Below are positions 11,401-23,423 of a DNA stretch of 64,000 nucleotides, in pieces. The stretch covers positions 1,716 to 65,715 of the forward strand of contig DF237462.1 of assembly GCA_000708835.1 (NCBI GenBank), in the 5' to 3' direction. The first letter of the stretch is position 1. Every line of letters starts with the position of its first letter. The translations under genes and the position numbers were made by a program. Below the pieces are notes generated by a model, which was given only the letters and a program-made list of their open reading frames with translations, had not been told where the DNA came from and did no database searches. The stretch is from Klebsormidium nitens (taxonomy: Eukaryota > Plantae > Klebsormidiophyceae).

Positions 11401-13623
11401 CGCCTCGCGGGCGCGCAGGTCCTCCTCCGCCGCTTTCATCTTCACGTCCAAGTCCCCCAGCCTGACCTCCGCCTGTAGAAATAACACGTCTGCTGAGCAC
11501 GAGGGTAGAATCATAAGCTGGTTACAGGGGTGCTGAGGTTCTTGGCCACGTGTCGACACGGGCTTAGGTTTTGACGTCGATTCGAAATGTTCATATTCTG
11601 CTTCGCGTTCGGCCTTATCCTATTCTAGCTTTCTCCTCACTCTTCCCAGATTGATTTTGTAAGATGTGCATCAGTTTTGCGGAGCAACAAAGAAGAGAAC
11701 TCTCACGTCGAAATCAAAGGGTACAACACGATGACGTGCTCGCAAGTAGCACCGACACTTTGAGACGCGACTCGAACTCGTGCTGATTTTGCTGAAAGCT
11801 TCCTCTGAACCTCTTTTTACCCTATTCATTTTTCAGGATCTGGATGGGATATTCAGACTTGGGGTCCGCTCTGAAGCAAAGACGTTCACAAGAAGCAAAC
11901 GCGACACGCCGGGCTGGCGCCTGTGAGTGGCTGCGTGCCTTACCTCCTCCCTGAGCTTCTCCTCTTCGCCCGTCAGGTTGTGCGCAAAGATCTCGCGGGA
12001 CCACGTCGCGAGATCTGAGTCCGCGTCTTCCGGAAGCTGCAGACGAGCAGATCTTGAGTCAATGGTGACTATCTGGTCTCCCAACTAGAGCGAGAAAGAA
12101 TCTTCCTACTGAATGCTGACGGTAGGGGCCGAAGACAGCTCGAGTGATACATTAGTAGCCATGCTTTCAAGTAGCATGGCCTTTCCTGTCGCAGATTAAA
12201 CGCCAGGGGCTCAACTGATTGACCTTAGAAGTTTGGCAATGCAGACCGCACAGGACAAATGTTCATCACCAGTACACGTGTTTTTAGACACCCTGAACCT
12301 GCATGTATCTGGCAGCTGCTGACGTCATGGGATTTTTAGCGCACATTTCGAAAAGATTCGAGAGACAACCGCACATTTCAATCAGCCTCGGTCTGTGCAT
12401 TTCGTTCAGGCAGCAATGGGAACGATCCAAAGGAGTACTTGCCAGAAAGTCGAGCGAGTGGCGGCCGAGCGGGAGGACGCCGTGGGAAGCGATTGGCTCG
12501 CGTGAGACGGCTGCGGCGGCGGTGGAAGACGTCGCCAAAGCCGGCGCCGGGCGGGCACTGGGCGGGGAAGCCAGGGCTGATGCGGCCGCGTGTGGGGCGG
12601 GGCCGCCCGCGATCAGGCCGAACGCCGGCTGCACCGCGACGCCGCCAGCCGCGGTCCCAGTCCTGCTGCTTTCCGTCGAGGCACTCTGCCGGCCCTTCTG
12701 CAGGCAAAAATCGGAATTTGAGAGGCTTACTGGGAGCTTGAACCTATGGAGAGACTCGAAGGAAAGCAACTTTTATAAATTTTGAAACGGAACGGAAAGT
12801 ACCCTTTAACTGTTGAGTTGTCAATGCCTCCACGGTTTTTGACGTTTTCCTTCCCATCCCATCCAGGACACCTTTAGCAAGAAAAACAGTTTAGAAAACC
12901 TAAAGCACCCCCAAAAAACTCGGAAAGATTTCAACCTTCCAGCCCTCCTTCTTGACCTCAATCTTTATAGCACGATTAGCCTTTTTCTGGCATCTCGACA
13001 TCCTGTGCCAAAGCTTTCAAGGGGGCCATATTTACTGGAAATTGGAAGATTATCTGCATTTACCACACAAAAGTACTCAGATAATAAGATAACATTCAAA
13101 CAAGTCATCCAATCAATTTCTCACACTTTTGAAAAGGTTCTTGCAAAACCAAGCTTGCGAAATTGCCACCTACCTTCGATCCATTCGCAGGGAGCAGCTC
13201 GCCCTTCCGTGCAGTTGTTGAGCGGGACGCCGCCTTGCTGGCCTTCGTCGAAAGGTCTCCCGGCGACTTTGCTCCCAAGTCAGAGGCAGCGGTTGGGCTG
13301 CGGAAGGAGGTGGATGTCGCCCTGGCCAGCTTGGGGGTGGAATCTGAGGCCGCGGTAGAACTTCCCCGGCGCGAAGGAGGTGAGGCGGGGGAGCCGGCTG
13401 CGGTGCTCGACGCCCGGGCGCGCGAGACAGAGGGAGGAGGCGGGGAGAAGGTAGGGACTCTCCGTGCAGACGGGGGTGCGCGAGCAGACAGTGTGTTGGC
13501 TGGAGTAGAAGTTGGGGGGGACAACGTGCGAGCGCGGACCGTGGAGGAGGCGGTAGGGGAGAATGCGCCCGAAGTCGCAGGCGCGCGCGTCAGGGGGCGC
13601 CCGCGTGCCGGGGGAGATGACAC
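8462..13623 (-). CDS. Unrecognised multi-exon protein A: Ser/Pro/Thr/Ala-rich region followed by coiled-coil segments; 5' end not found
   Basis: Exons 13623-13174, 12697-12443 (or -12299), 12036-11944, 11472-11323, 10741-10235, 9764-9663, 9445-9353, 9077-8814 and 8485-8462 (last exon tentative). Each has a YAG acceptor, the internal exons have GT or GC donors, every length is a multiple of 3 and the chain stays open. E/K/A/R heptad-like composition. No in-frame ATG in the first exon found. Confidence 0.7.
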
Positions 13624-15900
13624 CTAGAGTAGAGCGTGATCGTCAGAAATTCCTGCAGATTATGATAAAAGATTTTTATGAACGACACATTTCTGAAAAA
13701 CGACGTATCAAGAAGAGTGCTCTGATCTGGGCCAGCTGCTTTCAGTATATTGGCTGCGTCTGCGCAGATCTGGTTGTAGGATATGCTGAATCACTTTGCA
13801 GTGCTTCTCAAAAGTTTGAATGCATAAGAGCAACCTACTGTCCTCCACTATGTGACAGCTGACGTGGAGATTCTGGGTCGATGATGTGCTTCAAAAACAT
13901 TTATCGTGGTGCTTGAGACATTTAACCTGAGAGGAACAGACAGGTATCAATGATAACTTTCAGAACGAGCATAATGGTTTTGTGCATCAACACCTGCATC
14001 AAATCACTACATCAGTCTCCAATCAGCCAACGATCATCAAAATGATCCTCGAGACTTGAATATGGGCCCTTCGTAGCGTCTCTTATAGTGGTTCTGGTAT
14101 CGATGGCTTTGAAGAAACACGTGTACTGCAATGATCCCAGCTAACAGGCAAGACAGAAGGATCCCTATGCTTTCCTAAGCTGCTTCGAAATTCAGCACCT
14201 CGAGATTTCAGAACGCGACACTCCTCCGAGGATCTTTCGGAATTGCAGTAGCTTCTGCAAAGCCTTGTAGATTCTTCAGGCCATTGCCTAATGAAGCTCT
14301 GTTGTTGCCTTCGAACCCCCTGAATTGTCTGATTGCGAAATGAAATCAACAAGCAAGGTTTTTCGAAGGCCTCACAAACCAATTGAAGCAAGGATGTAAA
14401 CAAATTTTAATTTGCTAGAGGCACCCAGAAAGCACACTTTCCAAGGGCACAAAAACGATTGACACCTCCAGACCTCTTGCTATTTTCTATATCTTACGAG
14501 CAAGTGACTTGCCTGAGTCTGCTTGGCCCTAACAGATCCAGTCTGTGGCTCCATCCTTGCACGAGATGAGGTATCCCCCTTGACTTTCTTCACTTCTTCA
14601 GAGCGGCTTGGTATCACGATGTTCTTCATTTCTGCTTCCTTGCACACAGAAGGAGTAAGCAGTTGAAATAATTTTGGGATCCAAATTGAGTCAATTGAAT
14701 CAAACTGCAGTAAGTTTCATGCATCTTCTCATATGCCACTCAACTGCGGAATCTGCAGAATCTGCTAAATCTACATGAGCGTGTAACATGCAGAGAAGCA
14801 GCAAACTCTCTGAAATCTGGCATGAAATTTCAGACCCCGTGCCCAATGTCCAACCTAACTTCCACAGTCTACCATAATCCTGCTTTGACTGATCTACCTT
14901 TCAGCCCCATCCTTATCTGTCCAAGATGCCAAGTTTAAGCAGAGTCGAAAGAGCAACCAGGAAACCATGCAACTGACCATCCACCTAGAATCTGCAAGAA
15001 GTGAGAACAGGCAAGAATTTTAGCTTACCTCCAGGTCCTGAAGGAGGTCTGCCAGATCTTATTATGATGAAAGCAAATCAACTGCCAAGACCTCGCGCGC
15101 CTTTTGGGCAGAACAGGTTATCTAGTACTTGCTGTGAAGAATGCACGAAGAGCGAGATAAGTGCAAGCCGCATCTATCGAAGCACTAGCTCTCAGAATTG
15201 GTACCAAGGGCGGAAGTTCGGAAAGGAACCCCGGGCAAAGATTGCTCAACCTCTGAACCAATCTGAATATTGCCTAGAGGGACAAAAAGAGGCCTCGCTC
15301 ACAGAGCTTTCCTTCCGCTTCAGCCTTCGAAATGCTTTCCAAGTTGCCGCCTAGATAAAGAGCTAAGATATCCTCGAAGGTCTGACGGTGAACTCTTTGA
15401 AGGAGGACCGGATCGTCCCTGCGCTGGTTGGTGGGTTCCAAGCGACCACTTAACGGAAGCTTTGCCCTTCGTCACAATTTGCATTGAGGTACTGCTTCGA
15501 GCAAGCGTTTCAACTCGAACATTCCTCGGTTCTTCACGGTTCAAGATGACAATCACCAGTTTCAGTCATTGCCTGCCACCAGGCTCTCGTGTGCGCAATC
15601 AAGGTCTTCCCTCGCAACCAATCAACCTTCGCCACGTTGTCCGCAGTGCGCGATATCCAAGATTTGCAAAATCATGGCTAGGTGCTAGCAGTTTCCGCAG
15701 ACTCTCAATAGGTCTCTTCAATCATGTTGATGCTTGTTGAGGGCGATATGTCTTTAAGCTGCAGTCCGCAGACCAGATATTGCAGGCGGGTAAGCGCGAA
15801 CTGGCGTCTGGCAAACGGCACTGCAGAACCCTCACCGCAAGGCCGTGCTTGCTGAGAGCTGTAGGCGAAGCGCCTGAGAACCTTGCACGAAGTGTTTCAT
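13624..15900 (-). pseudogene. Degenerate 5' region of gene A, homologous to 27246-29550
   Basis: Collinear DNA similarity to the region upstream of gene B, with short conserved peptide patches (ALSKHGLAV/ALCMHGLAL, GRLEPTNQRR/GRLETTNQRR, SKAEAEGKL/LKAKAEGQL). Stops and 1-nt indels break the frames in both copies. Confidence 0.45.
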
Positions 15901-18900
15901 TTTCTTGCTTGCGCTCGTCGATCGTCTGATGTTCGAGATACCATGAAACATCGCAATATCGGGGGCCTTAACAGTGTGAAGCTTTTGTGCACTGGATCCT
16001 TGATATGGCCTCTCAGTGCATCGACCATCTATAACAGATGTAGAAGAAGTCCATGCTTTCAATACAACGTGATGCACAACCGACAAACAGCAACGCGACA
16101 TGGACAGCTGCATGCCAAGGATGCGCGGTTTATTTTTCACATCTGCATGTCCAGACTATATTCAAGCTCATAGAGCCAACCGTCCGGATTAAATTGCATG
16201 AAGCTAGAAAGATGAAAATCGAGGATCCAAAAGCAAGAGTGCATATACAATAAGGCCCACGAAGACTTCGGCCGCCGCGTTAGAATACGTCGGACCTTTC
16301 TTTGATGTCTGCCCGTCATACATGCAATGAGAAAGAACCGCGGACTTATTATAATCTGGCTTTAAGTAGTACCTCCGCAGGGCCAGTTCGCTTGTTTCGT
16401 CCTGATGCTCATAAAATCCGCCATGCTTGCGGTACGTTTCGACTCGTGACTTCAAGTAAAGCGAGTGATTGACTCCAATACATGCGTTTGGACTTCCAGT
16501 TTTAGAAGCACACTAAATGATTGTTCCGCACGTTTAGTTCCGGTAGCAGCTGAGGTGGGTCAAGCCGAATTCTAAGGCTTCATTGAGGCCGCCGCCTTCG
16601 TCCACTTCGCAATACGTGCCCTCGTCTGAATGTTTGGGGTAGCCATTCGCAAGTCAGTGACAACTTTAGACCGCTTATCTCTGTCTTTAAATACCTACGG
16701 AATTAGTCTTCAGGAGCAGTTGCCGCTGCTCCTTCCTAGATTCCTACCATTTCCGTGTACACAGTACGCTGGCAGTTTGTCCAAAATGAAGTCAGGAAGC
16801 TTTCCTTCCAGAGGCGCAGGCTCGCCATCTTCTTCCTGATGGTGGCAACTGCAAAGCAGAGGATGGCGAGGCTCTGTCAGGACGGCTGGCCTTCTGAGAG
16901 AGGCCTCACCGGGTTTTTTAAAAATGAAAATGGGTCCCAGGTTCATGAGCAGACAAATAGGGGAGTTGCCCTCGAGCAGATAAACGGACGAATCGTTAGC
17001 TCCTTGAGCGAACATTATCTCCACACTGAGTGAGAGCAGCAGGAAAGGAAGTTTTCTGTCACGAAGCCCCTCGTCGAGAGCACACCAAGACAGTGTTCGG
17101 CGTCCGGTCTCTGGTTCCCGTGAGGCTGAGTCTGAAAGCTACAGCGCCTCCGGTTTGTTGAGCAATTAATGTTAACGAGGGAGAAGAGGCCAACGGCCAA
17201 AGCGACTGTGAACGTTGCCAAGTTGAATGAAAGGGGTTCCCGACATGACTGCATTTCGGCAGCTTCGCTCACTGTTCGCTGTTCCTAAAACATGTCAGAC
17301 ACAGAAGTTTGGGCAAATGGACGACGAACTGCATCTCTGTCCGTTGACAATCAGCGAGCTCCCAAGTCTCACCACGTTCTCGTCGAGCCTCCAAGGCGCC
17401 CACGTGCTCCTTCGCTTGCACCACGGGCTTGCACGTGGCAGAAATAGAACAGTAATGATTACGTTCCGCTCTTGCTGTAATCTCAAAATAATTTTGTAAC
17501 GGTCCAGGTCGCTTCTGATAGGTTCTTACAATTCAGGTCGTGTTTGGAGGATACATCTCTTAATTAATTCAGCGCTAGAGCGCCGTGCTGCTGAAGAAAG
17601 CTCGTGTTTCCAAGTACTGTCCTTTCCAAGGGCAGAAAGACTTCTTTCTTTCATGGCCCCGGCATCGGACTCCATAAGTGACAAGTCGCGCGCGGCGCAC
17701 CAATGGTTGAACGCCTTGTTGTAAGCCGGCAAAGATTTGTCCAGAATCCAGTAAGCGCTTGACCGCCACAATACCAAAGAGGATATGTCGAAAGCGAAGA
17801 CTGTGATGAACGACTGTTCAACCTGCACACGAATTATCTTCTTCACTTGGCATTCATGACGACGATATCGTAGAAGCAGAAGCCACGGTCTTTCTGCTCA
17901 TCTCTGTCAGAGCGCTCTACCACTGCGCAAGGGTGTCGAGGCGAACTTTTGCGAGGAACTTTTGAAGCCCAAGTCTTAGTACGTTGATTTCCGGAGTCTG
18001 AAGCGCTTCACCTGGACGAGAGGACGGCTTATCTACAAGACTGCGGCACTGTGTCCATCGCCAGCGGCAGAGCTGCAGCGCCACCTGCTAGAATGCCTCG
18101 TCCTCCAGAGCGATCGCGTTCGGTTCTACCTAGCCCTGAACACTGCCTCTATGCGACAGCGGCGACCTGGTTCCAAAGGGCAGAAAGGGGCCCCCAGCTT
18201 GGCACGGCTGTGCGCTGTGTGGGCGTGCCTGCACAGGGTTTTGTAAGGCAATAGATAATGGGCAATACTGTTGTGGAATGGTCGCTCGAGACGTCTTACT
18301 CGGTATGAAAGGTGATCGCTCTGCAGAGTGGTCCACTCCTCAGGGAATCAGAGACGGAAAAGCACTTCCGAGGGGTTTTGAAGCAGAATTGGATAAGATG
18401 TCCTCTCTTAGCGAACAAATGTACGGCTGCGAGGGTATAGAGATTGACTTATCTTGGCAATTACAAAGACATTTGACGACTTCAGAGAAACCGAAAAAAA
18501 CAAAAGATCGATTGAAAAATGAAGACGTTGAGTATCGGAGCAAACCCATGGTGGGCAGCCTTGGCGAAGATTACGGCAATGAAGCCCAGGATAGCTCAGC
18601 ATGTATTAATGCAAGAGGAATGTTCCCTGCCCCAATCAGTGTCGAGACAACGGCACTTCTGCTCACTGACAACCATGCTCATAGGTCGCGAGATGATTGT
18701 GTCTATTGAGGACCGAAAAGGAAGAACAAGCTTACAGTCAAATGCACTAACGCTGCATGCAAATGGTTCCAGCAAGGTCCACACGAGCTGCTTCAGAGTG
18801 CTCTTTTCGCAGACCCTTGCGCTGTATGCTGCCGGTGGACTTAGGCGGAGCGAATCGTGAGACGACGTGCAAGCGGCAGCTGGAACCGCCACGCTGCGAC

Positions 18901-20203
18901 TTCCATGTGGCTTCCTCACCTTGCACATGGGCAAATCCGCGAGTATCTTGATTGCGCCTAAGGGGTTGCAAGCACGTGCCTGCGCTAGCCCCGATTTGAC
19001 CTGGAACAACGCCTGGGCGAGCATTCCAAACACGCGAAGCTGACCTGCAAGAATATCAACAAATTAGCAGTTATGCTTGAGCTGCAAGGTTCTACTGTGG
19101 GCTCTCTATCAGCTGCACTGGGAGGGGCTTGCTGAAGTGTGTCAGCGCAATCGTTGACTTATACTCATTACTGCCCTTTTCCCTGCCAAGGCCCTGCCCT
19201 CTCAACCTTCTCATTGAAGATGGTTTTCTGTGGGGCAATCAAACAGCTCGCAACGAAGGTTATGTTTCACGCCATTCATGACCCGGAATCACGTCCTCAT
19301 TCCTGGGGCCTCTGTTCTGGGGCACAGAAATGCTTGGAAGCATCAAGCATTTGCGGGTATGGCGAGGACTACATGCCAAACTGCTGCCTGAAAACAAGGC
19401 AAGTCGACGACAAGCAAAGGTGAGACTCTATCCAGAACAAAAAGCGGTCCCGATTTTATGCTGGCCCGCCCGAAGGACTCGCAATGGCCGGCCTCCTGGA
19501 GAGCTAAATTGCTGAGGTCATCATCACGCCCATCAACCCGCGCCGCCTGTCAAGTGCCGCCCACCTCAACATTGCTGACGTCATCACCGCCATTTTCCTG
19601 CTCTTGCCTGCTCAAAGTGCTGATCACATGACGAGCTTGGGAAGCCATGCATGGGGAGGTGGCTTTTCATGAAACACGGAACTGCTTGAGGGTAATTGGC
19701 TTTTTGAGAGATCTGCAGATGCACGGAGAGGACACTGGTGTGTAGCTCGCACCAATGCAGCTTGTCCTGAGGAGGGGGTCCCGTGACGGCTTGTGCATCA
19801 CAGGCGGCCCTTCAGCTGGTGGGATAGAAGCAAGATGTGAGTGTGATGCACATACTAGACTGTCTACTATTTAGGACTTTGTCCACCCTCACCTGAGGCG
19901 TTGGCCTGGCAGGGTCCATTCTTTGCGCTTTTTGAGACGGCGCTTGGTCCACTAGGCCGAGCGCGAGTGGGCGGGGATTCCATGCGCGCCACCGTGTTGT
20001 GCTTTTCTGTTGGAACACCAGATGGAACAGAGCCTAAAGGTTGAAGGTAGACCAAGCGCAAAGTTCTCCCTGACCTCCATTTGGTCCATATTGCATTTCC
20101 GGCCAAAAGGAGGGATCCCCTAACAGAGTGGAAGGTGACGTGTCCCATGTTGGTCACTGTCAACCAATCCGAGTCATCCGATCCTGTCTAGGTGGCACCT
20201 CTG

Positions 20204-20253
20204 GTACCCACCGTAACAGCTTGCTTGCTAAAATGGTACCGTACCTTCGGTAC
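20204..20253. promoter_or_regulatory. Cluster of four GTAC cores upstream of F-box paralogue 3
   Basis: GTAC at 20204, 20236, 20241 and 20250, positionally homologous to 5172-5220. Confidence 0.4.
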
Positions 20254-20539
20254 CCTCTGCGCGAGGCCAGGGCACCGACTTTGAGCCGCACTGAGCCTCA
20301 CTGCCCTCAGGATGAGATATAGAGGCAGCTGCAAAGTTGCTTCTTCACAACTTTCACTTCCTCGGAAGCAAGTTGTGTTTTAGCGCTCTGGCGCCCAGGC
20401 GATCTTTGGCGATCAGCGATCAGCATTGTGCGACCAGCTTTCAGTGGTCAGCGTTCAGCGACCAGCGATCTCTGTAGGGGCTAGGAGAGTTTAGGAGATA
20501 GAGCGCTTCCTGCTCCAGAGCATTCCATTGCTCTGCAGC
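20233..20539 (+). promoter_or_regulatory. Conserved upstream/5' UTR block of paralogue 3 (copy of 5200-5513)
   Basis: Direct visual alignment with 5200-5513. Confidence 0.8.
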
Positions 20540-22476
20540 ATGGCCGCGTTTGTGGCAGGCCTGCTTGGTATGAGCCAGCAGGAGCTTCGCTTTCGCGTGC
20601 AGCGAGCGAACCATATGACAGTTGCTCCTCTCCTGAGCCTCTTCCACTCTGTCTCTCCCCTCCTAGGACTGACACAGAGCTCGTCTGACCTTCCTGCCTC
20701 TGAGGAGTCTCTCTCTCCCTCCCCCTCTTCTGAGTCTGCTCAAGGTTTCAAGGGCCTGGATGGCGAACAAACTCACGCAGATTCAGACGCCCCAGCCCTG
20801 GCCTCCCCCCGCGCTGACACGATCTCAGTTCTTGAACTGACAAAGGGAGAGCCCCAGATTGGTCTTTGTGAGCAGGGCTTGTGCGGCAGGGGTCAGGCGC
20901 TGCCTCAGGGTGAAGAGGAGGAGGGGAAATTGCAGAGGTTTTGTTCAGGGGAGGGCTTGGGGGAGGTCCCCTCACATGAGGGGGGGGATGAGGATGAGAC
21001 GTTGGGGGCAGGGCTTGCGGCGGCAGCTACTGTGAGGGCAGGAATGGAAACCAGCATTGTGCAGCTTGACCAGGGGTGCTTGGCTCAGATTATCTCGCAG
21101 ATGGATCTGTCGAGCCTTAGAGCATGCTCCCTGGTCTGCCGCGACTGGCTGGAAGTCTCGAGCTCTGCACGGACATCCGTGACTCTGCGCAACGGCCCTC
21201 AGATTGCTGCCTTCCCCAAGCTGGTTGCCCGCTTCTCAAGAATCCACACGCTGCACGTTGAAGGGCGCGCCCCGGCAGACGCGCCCTCTGTCTTGTCTCT
21301 GGACGATGCTGTGATGGAGGTCCTTGCACAGAGCTGCGGCTGCCTGCGTGAGCTGCGGCTGAAGTACTGCTCACTGTCTGACGCGGGCCTTGCTGCGGTT
21401 CTGAGGGGCTGCCCCGAGTTGCTCGTGCTTGGCTTGGCTCACAGTGAGGGGTTCTCGGGGGAGGCATTCAGCGGCCTGTGCTGCAAGTTGGAAAAGCTGG
21501 AGCTGAATGTCTGCGAGGGGCTTACGAATGAGGGGTTGGTGGTGGCTGCGGCTGCCTGCTCTGGTCTCAAGGACTTTGGTATCTATACTGCGCAGCCGAA
21601 CAGATCTCTGGAGCAGGGGGTGGAGGCATTCTCAAAGGCATGCCCTGGACTGAAAGTGTTTGCCGTCCACGCCTGTCGGCTTACTGATGAGGCCCTGCAA
21701 AGAATTGCCGCTAGGTGCCCCCTCATACAGCAGATCAGTGTCACGTGCGAGTATTACATCACAGACAGGGGGCTAGACGCCTTCCTGGCCCTGCTCCCTC
21801 GTGTGCACACAGTGACGCTGCAAAAGAACCGCGCGGTTTCTGGCATCCCGCAATTCGGGTAAGTTCCAAGTTGGACGAGTAAGCCCTTCATCTGTCTAGT
21901 CGATGGATTAATGTAGGCCTCGAGTTGCTGATGATCATATTTAGATTTCCACTTGCACACCGTGTGTTGCATGAGGCAATCTTATGGTAGTCCCATGGTA
22001 CTTCCTTCCTAGTGCTTTCACAATCTCAGCCGTTTCAGAGTGCTGGCTAATCAACAGGGTTTCAAGTTGACAGACAGATTGTATTTCTCATCTTGATTCA
22101 GCATTGGTTGCTCAGCATTCTTTGTGTTTGTGGCAGGTCCAACCGGTGCTTGAGACGACTTCGGCTAGGTTGGTTGTGCACGACGCCCGACGAGGTCCTT
22201 AAAGGGTTAGCTAATCAGGCTGGCCTTGAGGAGCTGGTTCTGATATGCTGCCCCTTTCTCACGGACGCCACCGTTGAGAAGATTTTGACGTGTTGCAAGA
22301 AGCTGACTTGGTTGATGCTTCACAGTAGTAAGCTTGTCACTGCAGAGACTGTCAGTGCATACATCCGGTGCGGCAGCAAAGCCAGGCTAGAAATTAAGCG
22401 TTGCTCGGGTATGAAGAAAGGAGCTCTAGGGCAGGATGTCTTAAAATTGAAGAAGCTTCAGGTGCAATGCTTCTGA
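20540..22476 (+). CDS. F-box/LRR-repeat protein, paralogue 3, 552 aa
   Basis: Exons 20540-21858 and 22137-22476 (GG|GTAAGT; TGGCAG|G). F-box motif LDQGCLAQIISQMDLSSLRACSLVCRDWLEV followed by LRRs. Same intron position as paralogue 2. Confidence 0.9.
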
Positions 22477-23423
22477 CACGATAAACGCCTGGAGTAAATT
22501 CCCGACATCTGAAAATCAAGGAAACCTGAACTTTGACATTTGTTTAAGCTCATGAGGCATGTGTACATATGAGGATTGTCTTGAACGCTTGTGTGCACAA
22601 ATATAGTCGTAGGTATATGTGCTGCATCCGACGTTATTGCGATATCCTTGGATGATATACCATTGATGTGATCGCTGGCCATGACTTCGATCTAATTTCC
22701 ATCGAGCGCTCCTTGGATACGATCCTATTTCTACAATGTAAAACACTTCTGCATGCATAGTTTCCCATGTGAATCTGCTGTCTGGGCCAATTTCAATTGC
22801 GCTTGCCGCAGTTCATGTGCGTGATGGCAAATATTAAGGTCACCAGATTTTGCAAGATCGTTGGCAACCGGTCAACTGTGATATGGTACTTAAAATGTTG
22901 CGAGATTAGAACCAACCGCGGCTGCAGCTCTGGGTGCCCCATATACCATGGAAGCAATACAAAGAAGAAAAGATGACAGTTCTGCTTCTGAGATTATACT
23001 GGAGCTCCATACCCTTAGCACGAATCAGCCAAGGCGTTTAGTGCCGCCATATGCACGATGCGAGCAATCTGACGAGCGCGTATGCTTCCAGAAGATGACC
23101 GTTACAAACGTGCTGGCCCTTTTACGAAGTGCATCGTTACATTTCGAGGAAGTAGATCGTACAGATGCTTGAATCTTGTTGTGCTATTGCCCAAGTTTAT
23201 GGACACTACGGCGCGAAAGTTAGCGGCAAATCACTTCCCGACGCCTCCTTATCCATTGGGGTAGCCAGCTTCACGACCTGCAAGAGTATCCAGGAACCAT
23301 TATGGATTTGAGACTGAAGACAATGGTATTGCAATCTTTGAAAGAGCGTCGGATGACCGGTACCCTCAGGGATTTTAAAACATGGAAAGCTCCTTTAATT
23401 GTTGCTGGAGAAGCCACGTGCAT

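Noticed and set aside
10215-13627. Plus-strand ORFs (10215-10754, 12303-12785, 13163-13627) and equivalents at 25107-25733, 26860-27249 and 49973-50791
   Set aside because: Antisense shadows of GC-rich minus-strand exons. Splice signals and composition support the minus strand.
16204-16455. Protein-looking minus-strand ORF (ETYRKHGGFYEHQDE...), and likewise 17526-17846
   Set aside because: No recognisable motif, no convincing exon chain and no homologue in the second module. Left unannotated.
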